From NCBI GenBank assembly GCA_964016885.1, contig OZ024743.1, positions 182,156,001 to 182,220,000 of the forward strand: a DNA stretch of 64,000 nucleotides, written 5' to 3'. Under the pieces are notes generated by a model. It was not told the DNA's origin and searched no databases. It saw only the letters and a program-made list of their open reading frames with translations. Source of the DNA: Eledone cirrhosa. Lineage: Eukaryota. Positions 1-38,000 of the stretch are shown one piece after another; position 1 is the first letter of the stretch, and each line of letters starts with the position of its first letter. Both the position numbers and the translations under genes were made by a program.

Positions 1-1080
1 ATCCTGTCTACTTTGTAAGGTGGTCATGGAAGAGTATCCAGCTGTAGAAACCAAACCAAAATATAGATCTGTATGAGCAAGAAATGGTCACTTGACCTGA
101 ATTGTCTCATAATATGACAACCTATCAAACTGATGCAAGCGTGGGAAAAGAGACATTAAACGATGATGATGATATAAAGTGGTTGGTGAGAGGAAAGACA
201 TCCAGCCATAAAAGTTTTGCCAAACAAAATATCATGAAGAGGACTCTTAAGTTGTGTCAGAGACATGACAACCTCCCCAGTGTTGGTGCCACGACAAAAT
301 ACACCCATCCAACCCTTGTTAACAGAGAAAATGGACGTTAGTTGATGATCTGTGTAATCAGGTCTCCAGGTTTCAAAATTATAATCAACTAAATATCTTA
401 TTTAATCAGTATGATGAGATAAATTATCTTATTTATCACAGTATTTCAGGTGTACAACACCCACACAACAATTTACAACAGTTCTCTCTCTTTGATCATT
501 TACTTCTTGTGTTAATGGTTTTTCAGTGAAAAAAACCATTAACATTTTCAATAAAACACATAAAGAGATGTATCTTCTTGGTATGTTTATATTTTACTAA
601 CTTTACAATGATAACACTGACACCTGGCCCTTGGATGCCTTAAACAAAGTTCACACTGTTGCAAACATTCAGGCCAGTTCTTCCTCCCTCACACCAGTCT
701 GAAAGGGATCATGGCTATAGTCCTTTCTTCTGACAAGTTAGTTCTCCTAAGATACTTTGTAGGAAGAAAGAGTAAATCAACCCAATACTTTATCATCATC
801 ATTATCACTGTTTAATGTCTATTTTCCATGAGTTGTCACATTTTTAGTTTAGGTAGGTCAAGTGACCATGTCTAACTCATATGTTCCGTTTTGGGGTTGG
901 TTTCTATGGTAGAAATTCTAAAGAATCTGTTTGGGTTGTTTGTGTTAGATCTCTAAAATAAAGATGGTCTGGTTTGCACCAGCGCTAGCTGTGTCAATTT
1001 CACTGTCAATCAACATGAAATAAAGAAAGAAAGAAAATTAAGATAAGAAAGAGATAAAGTTGGCAACAATAAAAACTTAC

Positions 1081-26536
<25,456 letters not shown>

Positions 26537-27359
26537 AGTAGTGAATAATTGATATTTAAAGGTGAAGAAGATAAAACATTTGTATTTGATATGAAATGGT
26601 GAAGTTGTTGAAATCGTGTTCCGTCACGTTTATTTTGTTTTGAATAATGGCGGTCGTCTAGTTACAAGGGGGATAACTCCTAACAGGATTGAACAGAAAC
26701 CTTTGGGTGGTGTGGTGGTAGAGTCGTTAGAACGTCGGATAGAATACTTTATGGTATTAGTACCGGCTCTCTCTGCTCTCTAAGTTCAAATCCCGCCGAG
26801 ATCAACTTTGCTTTTCATCCATTCATGGTTGAAATAAAAAAAGTATCAGTCTAGTATTGGAGTCGATTCTTCATCTAAATTTCTCTCTCTCTCTAGAGAG
26901 AGAGATAAATTTAGAGGAAGAATAAATATATATAAACATATGAAGCGAAGCTTTATTTCTTGTGGAAGAAATGACGAACACGACAAATAGCAACAATTCT
27001 GGTTGAATATATATCTTTACTTCACTTCAACACAAAGGAAAAAGTTGATTACTTCGAATCGTAAACAATGTTTGATTATAGTGTTCACAAATGATTATAG
27101 TGTTCAATAAGGCTTCTGTGATATGTGAGAGTCTCTTTCTTTACCATGGGATGTTCCCTTAAAAAGTAACAAGTTGTAGTCAGACAGTATGTACCAGCAG
27201 AGGTAGTAGTAGTAAACTCTTATATGGTGAGGTTGTGTTATACAAACTGTGGCAGTGGACTGTGCTGACTAGGAGAAGAGTGATGCTAGGGCCACACGAC
27301 AGCCTATTTATTATGACAGCTAGTTATTTTACTGATAGATAACAGATGGTCTCTAGAAT

Positions 27360-27558
27360 ATAATAATAATAATTGTTTCTACTTTAGGCACAAGGCCAGA
27401 AATTACCAAGTGCATTACTGGTACTTTATTTTATCGACCCCGTAAGGATGAAAGGCAAAGTCAACCTCGGCGGGATTTGAACTCAGATCGTAAAGGGACG
27501 TAACTATGCTGGAAAGCATGGCGTCCGACCCTCTACCGATACTGCCAATCCACCACCC
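27360..27558 (-). mobile_element. young tRNA-derived ATT-tailed SINE
   Basis: Reverse complement of the 25213 family; 17-bp TSD AATATAATAATAATAAT (27357-27373, 27561-27577). Confidence 0.9.
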
Positions 27559-27564
27559 TTAATA

Positions 27565-28970
27565 TAATAATAATAATGAAATTATTGTGTACAGTGCTCA
27601 GGTGCACTACAACTCATCAAAGGTGCATGTATAGTACATAGAATAATGTATAAATGTCAGGAAAATAAAGTGTACGAGTCATGAAATACATGTGTATGGA
27701 GGGAGGGGGGGACATCAGGTGTAGTGTTGGCGAATCTCAGGAAGCATGGAGGTTTTAAAGGAGGCAGTGTCTCAACAGCTAACAACTGATGCAGGCAGTT
27801 TGTTCTATGCTTCAGCAACTCTGAGCATGAAAAAATGTTTCCGAAAATCATGGGACACATGGAAATCAAAAAGGTGCTCAGGGTTGTTGTTGGCAAGATG
27901 GTTAATAATTTTGTGGGTGTTTATCAAGTCAGTTGCTAGATGTCGGAGCTTCAATGTATCCATGCCCAGGGAAGCATTGCATTCAGAGTATGGTAGATGC
28001 CTGATGGAGGGTATTCGCTTGGTTGCACGTCTCTGAACAGTTTACAGGAAGTCAATGTTCTGAGCAAGATAGGGGTTCCAAACTAGTGATACAAATTCTA
28101 AGTGTGGCCACACCATAGCTATATACAGCTTTAAATAGATAGCTGGAGAGCGGCTGAAAAAGGTCTTGCTGAGTGATGCAAAGACACCCTCAGCCTTCTT
28201 GACAATTTTAGAGATGTGCTTCGTCCAACGCAAATTGCTGCTGACAGTAATGCCCAGGTCATGTTCACAAGACTTCTTGATATTAGTGTTGTGGGAGGGG
28301 AGTATGTGGACACTGGGTTTTTACTCCCAAAATGCTTGGCTGTTCACATCCAGCTTGAGTTGCCAGTCCGTGATCCATTGTTGCATCAGGCAAGATCTAT
28401 CCTTTTTATCTCAAGGTACAGCTTGATGTCATCTGCATATTTCAGTACTGTGGCATTCTTTAAGTTGGCATCTATGTCATTAATATATATACCGCAAACA
28501 AAAGGGGACCAAGAACAGATCCCTGTGGTACACCAGATGACATCTCATATGGTGAGGAATGCTGTCCTAGAACCATGACTACCTCTCTTCGACTGAGAAT
28601 GAAGGACTTCAACCAGTTAAAAATATCATCCTTCACTCATTGCAGAATCTTTTGTGTGGCACAGAATTGAAAGCTTTAGCAAAGTGAAGGTAAACAACAT
28701 CCACCCATGAGCCGCCATCAGTGATCCGGGTGAAGTCTTCAAGAAACTCGATAAGTTGATCACAGCAGCTGGAGTTAGGGATAAATCCAAATTGCAAGGG
28801 CCAGATAAGACTGTGAGAGTTCCAGAAGTTCCAAAGTGTTTCTCTGACACAGGATTCCATCAGTTTGGCAACGCAGCTAGTAAGACTGACTGGACGATAG
28901 TTGACAGGTGATGTGGGGGTCACCCTTTTTGAACAGAGGAATGACACTGGCAGTTTTCCACTGCTCTGGC
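27565..28970 (-). mobile_element. degenerate CR1-group LINE (RT, 3'UTR and ATT tail)
   Basis: NYRPVSLTSCVAKLME, QFGF, YLHFAKAFNSVPH, GVPQGSVLGPLLF, YADDIKL and LYIAMVWPHLEF...WNPY over several frames. A short 3'-end copy lies at ~54661-54760 (+). Confidence 0.88.
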
Positions 28971-29769
28971 CTAGTACTGGTGCGGTAAAACCTAGCCTCA
29001 GGAGAATTTATCTATCGTCTTCTCTGCGAGTTCACAGGTTACTTACTTGGTGGCCGTGTCCATAAAGGAAAAGAAAACACTGTGAGAAAACATTTCTTTT
29101 GCTACATATATGTTTATATGTGTGCACGTGTGTGTGTGTATATTGTGTTCAGTAAAAAAATTGTTTATCTGTGTCAGCAGGGATGTGACTTTGGTAAAAA
29201 CAGGAGTAAGCAGGGGGAAAGATCTCTACATTCATAGTGTGTAGTTATGATGGAGATTCAGTACATGAATAACATTATGAAAGATGCTGTGATTACATAA
29301 AGCATTTATTCATTATAATTATTTCTATGGTGACCCTTATGTAATCCAAGATGCAGTATTTGCATTTGTTGCTGGTATGGGAGCTATTTCCTCAGATAAA
29401 TATTTGTTTATGTGATATGCTGAAGGCAAAAACATGTCCTTCTTACATGCTCGGCAAATCATATCATCTGGCCTTTTATCGCCTCCTCAGCCCAGGCTCA
29501 CTGGCTCAAGTTGAGAAGAGAAGCCTGCGCCATCCAAACCATGTTTTATGATCTCGTTGAGAGCAGCATGGCATGGGAGGTGGCCAGCACTACAACAGTA
29601 TGACAGTGGTTGAAGGCTGGAAGAGTTGACAGTGGATCCAGTGGCATTTTATGAGACTTACTTACAGATCCAGGGGTCAAGCTTCGAGGATATGTCAAAT
29701 CAAAATGCCAGATTGAAGTTGATAGACAAACCTTCCTGACTTGGTGGACGTGTAACATCAACCCTTCAA

Positions 29770-30025
29770 GAATGGAGGACCTTACTACCAATCATTCCCT
29801 TTTTTGTTCCCATTGTTAGGAGGGCATTGAAGATATGGAGGAGAAACATACTCAACATTACTCTTCTAATGAGATCATAAATCATGGCTTGGACATCGCA
29901 GGCTTCCCTTCTCAACTGGAGCCAGTGAGGCTGAGGGGCCAATAAAGAGCCAGACGATATGACTATCTTCCCATTCTGTGGTGGTAGGACCCTTATTTGG
30001 GATGCTGCATGTCGTGGCACCTTCT
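29770..30025 (+). mobile_element. possible fossil restriction-like endonuclease (RLE) of a CRE-type non-LTR element
   Basis: Frame-shifted reading NEIINHGLDIAGFPSQLEP...KEPDDMTIFPFCGGRTLIWDAAC resembles the LEP..RPDGxTxxPWxxGxxLxWDAT motif. Confidence 0.45.
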
Positions 30026-30532
30026 GAACATTACCAAAGGAAGAGAGACAGGAAGCATTAACACAGATTTATACTTTGCCTCTCCAACCAAATATTTCCT
30101 TGTTTTTGTCTGCAGTTGAAACTGTATATCAAAATTGGGATGGGTTACCAAAGGATCTACAATTGGAGAATATGGTAATGATTGAATTTCAATAGACAAA
30201 CACAACCATATAATGATATATGGTTGTTCTCATACCACTGAGCTGGTTTCTCCATGGTACCAACACTAACCCTTTACAAGGTGTATTGAGTGCATTTAAT
30301 CATGACACCAGCACTAAAAAGGTTATCACATGTTAGGCCAGACAGAAGAGTCCTCTCATATCCTACACTATCTCTGTTTAATTGCCAAACATTATAGCCT
30401 CCTGTCCCTTACCATGTTTACCTCGTCACTAGAGGTCTCACATAACAGTGCTTATGCTGGTGGACAGGTCTTTTGTGTTATGGCATATTGCCAGTCATCT
30501 TCAGAGTTTCCTTTTCTTATAATCATATTCGT

Positions 30533-30716
30533 TTAACCCTTTAGCATTTACATTATTTATTATATTTTCATGGTACAGGCTTTACCTCACATAATATCAA
30601 TCTATGAGATTTTGATATTATTTATTTTGAGAACAATACCTTAACATCAGTATGAGTGGCCAGCTACAGCCGGTTTGAACAGAAAGATACAGCCAGTTTA
30701 AATGCTAAAGGGTTAA
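30533..30716. mobile_element. piggyBac-type (TTAA) MITE; copies at 31183-31389, 36734-36893 and 39119-39335
   Basis: TTAA-CCCTTTAGCATTTA ... TAAATGCTAAAGGG-TTAA termini with a shared internal sequence. Confidence 0.85.
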
Positions 30717-30829
30717 AGAGCCAGATTAATCAGCAATTGGCCATTGCTGTTAGTGTGCCCTCAAAAGTGAAGAGTGAATCTTTTGTTCTGATGTGTTCAA
30801 ATCCTAATACTCAAAATCCTGCAACCATA

Positions 30830-31090
30830 CAGAATACCAGTTTGTTCTAGATATCAGAAAAACTTATAAAAACATCAAAATTCATGTACTTTCTGTAGAC
30901 AAAGAAACTGAATTTTTCCAAATAATGACTAGTGTTTTGCAGGGAAACACTCTTACTCCTTATCTGTTTGCCATAGTTCAGGACTTTGCAAGGTGTCAAA
31001 CAATTATCAAGAAAGAGGAAAGACTAGGAGTCATCATAGACAGGCAGGGACTGCACTAAATACCAACAGCCATTATCACAGACCTTGACC
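30830..31090 (+). mobile_element. degenerate LINE RT fragment
   Basis: Reads ETEFFQIMTSVLQGNTLTPYLFAIVQDF, similar to the GVLQGDTLAPYLF RT motif. Confidence 0.55.
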
Positions 31091-32098
31091 CTGATCATCA
31101 TCGTTTAATGTCCATTTTTCACACTAGCATGGGTTGATATCCAATGAAATTCAACAAGAGTTGCCCAAACAAGTCAAAATCATGAACCCTTTAGCATTTA
31201 CATTATATATACTATTGCATTTTATGGTAAACGCTTTATCTTACATAATTAGCTCACAAGATCATGATGTTATTTATTTTGGGAACAATACCTTAACATC
31301 AGTAAGAAAGGCCAGTTATAGCCAGTTTGAAAAGGAAGAAGTGAAAGAACTCTGGCTGGATACAGCCAGTTTAAATGCTAAAGGGTTAAAATATTAGTAG
31401 GTGTACCAGTGTTGTCTTTTCCTTTCCATATAAGTACACACATTGGATATGCTTATTTAATTTAATTACCAGTAGCTACTAATAATTATTACCAATCTGT
31501 CAAGGCCACACTATATGCAAATGAGCATCTACTTAAATGTACCAAATCTGTATAAACTATAGCTTATTTTAGTTTAGTACCGAAGGAGTAAATGCTCTGT
31601 ACTGCATGAACTGTATTAGCAGGGCATTCTTAAAAAGTTACAACACAGTACTCTGATTAGATCACAAAGTCTTTACTTTAGTTTACTGCAAATTTTTCCA
31701 ATGATCTGTCCACCGTCTGTCTTGAGCCCAGAGGTTCATCAGGCCGGTGTTTATCCCAGTTTCCATGGCATGAAACAACTAAGAGTACAAGATTAACCCT
31801 GGACAGGACTTCAGTCCATTGCAGGGTTAAACTCCTAACTATTGCTGAGACTCATTTTCAGATAAATATCCCCAAGCAATGTGAAATTAAGCTTTTTTGT
31901 TCAAGAACACAACACATAACCTAGTCCAGGAATTGAATCCACAACATTATAGGAGAAGGATTAAATTAGGGTTTACAAAAAAGAAAAGTATCAAACAAAA
32001 AGAAGAATTTTAGAATAATTTATTAAATATAAAACATTTTGTACAAAGAGAACAAAAAAAAAAAAACCCATCTACAGTTCTATAAAAAATATTTCAAA

Positions 32099-35000
32099 TC
32101 ACCAACAAGCTCTCGTGATACCAGAAAGGCGGTTGTGATCAGCTAACTGGCGCCACATAATACGGCTTAAACGCCAGCGTCTTAGAACACCTCTTGGTCG
32201 GGAAGTAACAACACAACGTTGACGTATTCTTACAATGGAACTGTTCAATGGAAGAGCTGCAACTTCTTCATCTGCAACTTCCTATCATAAAATAATATTA
32301 AAGAGAAAATAAAAAAAATATTTGATTGAAATACATGCTTTATTTCTCAATTGTCTTCAGGTATTAATTAATTAACCCTATTTTAATCACCCCTTCTCAA
32401 TTAAATCCCCACTTCCTCAGCTGCAAATCTTCCTTATATATACTGTGTCTGCCATTGAAACTCCAGAGTAACAAGACTTACTATTTAGCCATAATAAATG
32501 AATATCTAAACTACTTCAGTATTGAGTACTCCTTTCTCTCAGCCATCAACCACATACAGATATATTGTCATGTGTATCTTGGTTTTTAAAATAATAGATA
32601 CATAGTCTTTGCACTGGTGGACGGATCTTTTTTATTTCTCAGTGTATTAGTTTCCTTCCTACCCTCAGACTTGTGTCACTAAATCCTTCTGTTGAAGTTG
32701 TCCTAAATGTCTCCCCTTGCCCCACTCCCTGTGTGTTGTTTACTCCATCAAAGTGTACTCTCCAATTACATCTACGATAACTGAAAACATTGTTCAATAT
32801 TTTATACTTATCAAGAGCAATAAAAAGCCAGAAATTTCTCATTAGTGACCAAGTATTACGGAATCCAACAAACATAGTATCATCACCATCGCAATTTTCC
32901 ATGCTTGCATGGGTTATATGTTATGTTCTGTTAGAAAGGTCAAATGATTTTACCTCATTCATATCTTCCATTCTGGCTATGCCCTTCCCACTGCCAGTCA
33001 CATTAGTGTGTACCGGGTGCGTTTTACTGTGGCACTCCCACTAACACTTTTCAGAGTGGGCCAGGTGCATTTATTATGACACCAGCACTACCATTTTTCA
33101 AGACTAGGATGCTTGTTGCATCATCTTTGGCCAGGCTGGGTTTCACAAATAAGCTTGATCTTGCCCAATTGCACCTCTGAAAGGCGATGACACAGGACCG
33201 AGACCTCTGGATTTATGCAGTAATACAGAAGACCCTACTTCCCATGGGTACAAGCCAAGGCTGAAGTATATAGACAGTATACCTCCACTGTTAAGTGGTT
33301 GTGTATGTGTTATGACAAAAAAGCACCCAGTCTACACTGTAAAGTGGTTGTGTAGGCATCACAGTAAAAAGCACCCAGTACTCACTGCAAATGAGGTTGC
33401 TAGAAAGGGCATCCAGCTGTAGAAATCAAGTCAAAATCAGTTCTGTATGAGCAGACAGTCACCTGACCTGGCATTCCCCACAACAGGACAACCCGTCTAA
33501 CCCATGCTAGCATGGAAAAATGGACGTAAAGTGGTGATGATGATGATGAAGCTTGTGTCAACACTCTTCAAGGCCACCCACACCTGACATTTGCTCTCAC
33601 ACTGTAGGATGGTAGTCTTCTCTTGAAAGCAACATCACCGCCTGGCCAAGGCCACAAAGAACTGTGCTGGTGCCATAATAATATACACCCAGCCCCTTCT
33701 GTAAAGTGATTGTGGCTGGTACTATGATTAAACTTACCCAACTCAGTCTTTAATGTGGTAGTGTTGATGCCACAATATTAAAAAAAAAACATCCAGTCCA
33801 CTTTGTAATATGTAATGTCAGTGCCACAATAAAGTTTCTAGTATATGCTGTAAAGTGGTTGGCTGTAGAGGCCAAGCCAAAAGTGGAATTTAAGAGCAAG
33901 ACATGGTCAACTAAACCATTGAACTTCAGAACAAGACAACCTGTCTAACCTATGCAAACATGAAAAATAAACATCACTGGAAAGTGGTCGTGATGGTGAC
34001 ACGACAAAAAGTACCCAGTCCACACTATAAAGTGGTCGTGATGGTGACACAACAAAAAGCACCCAGTCTACACTGTAAAGTGGTCGTGATGGTGACACAA
34101 CAAAAAGCACCCAGTACACACTGTATACAGTTCTGTTTGAGAAAGACATGGTCATCTGATCTGACTTGTTTCACATTGAGACAACTTGTCGAACCCATAC
34201 TGCTTCATTGGTTGGGTGGTTCACCTCAACAGTGTCCCACAAATGCCGAGCCAAGGAGAACAGCCAGCTATTCCACAGTGTTCCTTCCTCAAGCGAGATG
34301 CATTATTCCTCCTAATTTTACAGAGGAAACCACCAGTCCGATGACACCGGTCTTAATGGCAACTGGCACAAAAGCAGCCGGTCAAACCTTTACAGCTAGT
34401 GTAATTTAACAGCTTACACCAGTAAATTTCAAAAGTCACTTCTGGATATGATTTTACTTTGTTTAGGATGCATGCATTTTTTAAATTTATTTTATAAAGC
34501 AATAATAATTCTGACTAAACACTTGCTGCTTCTTCACCCACTTATTCCTGGGAGGGTCATGGGGTTAGCGTCCTCAAACACTCATTCCAACAGGTCCTGT
34601 CAGAAGCAACACTTTCCAAGCAAGATCAGCTAAGCTCATGGGTGTTATCCAACCATCTTGCTCAGGGTCTACCTCTGGGTCTCCTGCTGATTGGTTTTGC
34701 CTGTAAAATCTGCCCAGCGATTCTTTGCTGAGACCTTCTGACCACAAGCTCATAGTATCGGAGCTGTGATATCTCAAATTGGAGAAGTAATAAATTACAT
34801 TACTAAGGGAAAATCAATATATAATATAATAAGAATGGCTTATCATCTCCTTTTCTCATGGACTAACATTATACAAGTGTCAAGCTAGCAATAACACATC
34901 TAGGACATCTTAAAAAAATTAAACAGCTTATATATATCATCATCAAAATCATCATTTTACGTCCACTTTTCCCTGCTTGCAAGGGTGGGACGGTAACTGA

Positions 35001-38000
35001 TTCTGGCTTGATTTCTACAGCTGGATGCCCTTCCTAACACCAACCTCATTTAGTGAGTGCTGGGTGCTTTTTTGCCATGGCACCTCCACGAACACTTTGC
35101 AGTGGAATGATATGGACCCCAGTCCCTATCATCTCATTTCTACAGCTGAGTAAACTGGAACAATGTGAAATAAAGTGTCTTGCTCAAGGAAACAACACAT
35201 CACCCGGTCTAAGAATTGAACTCACAACCTTTCAATTGCAAGGCCAATGCTCTAACCACTAAGCCATGTGCCTCCATAATATATATATACTTACTCTTAA
35301 CTCTTTAGGTAGTATTGTATTTTTACGTATGGCATTGATTCTTAAACGCTCCGTATATTGTTCTTTGATTGTCTGTCTTTTTTTATAATCCTTTAACATT
35401 TGCCAATTTGCAAATTTACATCGGACAGGTTGTGAAAACAATGGCTTCTCTGTTGCAGACATCAAAACAGGTGCAGCCAACCTTGGAGAAACCTAGAGTA
35501 AATAATTTAAGTTTTTACTAATCACAAAAAAAAAAAAAGAAAAAGAAAAAGAAAAAGAAAAAGAAAAAGAAAAAGAAAAAGAAAAAGAAAAAGAAAAATG
35601 AAAGAATATAAATTCAGTGAAAGTAATGACCTTTGACAGGAATTTGTAGTTGCTCCTGGACAGGCTACTTCGACCCTTTCATGACTACATGTCTAATGAA
35701 ATACACTCTATTTTAATTAATTCATTACTAATTTTGAGGGATTTATTAAAATTATTCATTATTTCATTACTAAGATAACTTTATATACAGTTCTTATATA
35801 AAATTATGTTGGAAGATATTACCATATACACTCGTATAAGCTGAGAAATATCTGACCCCCCCCCCCCCCCCCAAAAAAAAACCCGCTGGGGTGGAGTGCC
35901 TCTCTCTCTTACTCGAGGCCAATATTTTGCTGATTTTATGCAAATGAGGTGCTACATTATTTTCACTTTGGAGGTGAATATTACACCAGTTTCACTTTTA
36001 ATGTGATAAACATTTTTTGAATTATTTTTGATGTTTTTGGATTCAAAACGATCAGGAATTATTTGTTGTTTAATTAACTAAGTAAGGAGGACATGCTGGC
36101 ATGAGATGTGCACAATTTAAAAAATATTCCTAAAGATTTAATATTTATACAACTTTAATACAATTTCACTCTCATTTTCAGGTTTATCATCAAACTTCTA
36201 CACAGCTTTGGTCTTACTGAATTTCACTCACAAATATTGTCAATTTGAGGCTATGTCAGAAGACATTTTCCCAAGGTGTTGCATAGAACAGGCATGAGCA
36301 GTGAGCCACATAGGATGTGGCTCATAAGGTGGGCCACATAGGATGTAGCTCATCATAAGGCGGGCCACATAGGATGTAGCTCATCATAAGGCGGGCCACA
36401 TAGGATGTGGCTCATAATAAGGCGAACCGCACTACTAAATAAATCCAAGGCAATTTTGAAATTAGGCATGCCATTCAGAAATCCAAACAGGCCATAGTTT
36501 ATCCATGACTACCATAGAAGTTTAACAAGGTTTAAAAGTGAACTTCTAAATCACAGTCATGCCTAAGACCACTATCTATAATAAAGCAAGGTCCTGTCCA
36601 ACAAGATATTCATCATTCAATTCACCCTTGCATCACCAAGTTTCTAATGAAAGACACTACCTATGAAGATAATAATTTAGACTGATTTAGCAATATACCT
36701 TCCTCATTATTCATCTACTGTTTAAAGCATAACTTAACCCTTTAGCATTTAAACTGTCTGTAACCAGTTGCTCACACTGATGATAGGTATTGTTCTCAAA
36801 ATAAATAATATCAAAATCTCATAGATTCGATATTATGTGAGATAAAGCCTTTACCATGAAAATATAATAGTAATGTAAATGCTAAAGTGTTAAGGTTCTT
36901 ACATAATTTATGATGGAAGGTTTTTAAATACAAACAGTTTTGTATCAAAGAACGAGGGGTAATTTGGTATTAAGAGTTAATTATACAGAAAACAATACTG
37001 AACACTAACTCAAAGAATCCTCCTTGTTCACAAAACAATTACTTCTAAATCTCACAAGCGAATATAGTCAGTGAGGCCTAATTTCTAAGGTCCAGTCTAA
37101 CAATCTGAATACATGTTCTTTTTTTAAGTTTTCATCCATTAACTCTTAACAACTTGTAATGATTTAGCAAAAAATATCTAAAATAAACCAGGTTTGTTGA
37201 TTCAAATGTTAATAACTTTACTAGTGTCTTAGTGGTTAGGGTGTAGGACTCAATACTAAAAAAAAAAACTATGGTGCATTGTATCTATTGCAAAATACTA
37301 TTTTTACATTGTTTCTTCTGCTAGGAGTATGACCTGCAGATAATATTGTTTGCTTGATCCAATTTGATTCTTTCTTTTCCTTTTTACTAGGGGACAGATC
37401 ACTGTGAAAATTTGTAGCATTAAAGTAAAGACTTTCATTTTTAATGTGATACAGTTAGTGTTGGTTTATACTTTTCAAGAATGCCTTACTAATGTAGTTT
37501 CATGTAGTACAGGATGTTAAGAGTTAAACATCTAAACAGGGAGAGGAGTTGTAGCAATCAGAGTAAGGACAAAGTGGAAAACGTTCATGGAAGTATTACT
37601 ACTGTTGGCACTGAATGAAGTACAATGCTACATAGTAGAAGAGACACAAAACATTGAAGGTAGAAGACGCATAAAAACTGGAAAGCATAGCTTTCCTCTG
37701 TGAAATTTATTGATTTAAGATCAGCTCTGACAACCTCTGCCAGGTTTTCCTGTTTCCTTCTACCACAGCTCCCTCCCACTGAGATTTCTTGGCACTTCTT
37801 CACCCAAAGTTCATCATCCATACACATCACATGGCCATACCAGTGCAGTCTTCTCTCCTGCATACTACATCTAATTCCTCATATATCCAGCCTCTCTCTC
37901 AGCGCATCTATATATTGCCTTTCACATATTTTTATAGACATATAATACAGGTGTATAGGATCAGTAGAGCACAGGTGTGCTGAAAGAAAACCTTGATAGG

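Noticed and set aside
31735-31770. GAAAC...CTGATGA in a SINE tail as a type II hammerhead
   Set aside because: Required stems I and III could not be formed.
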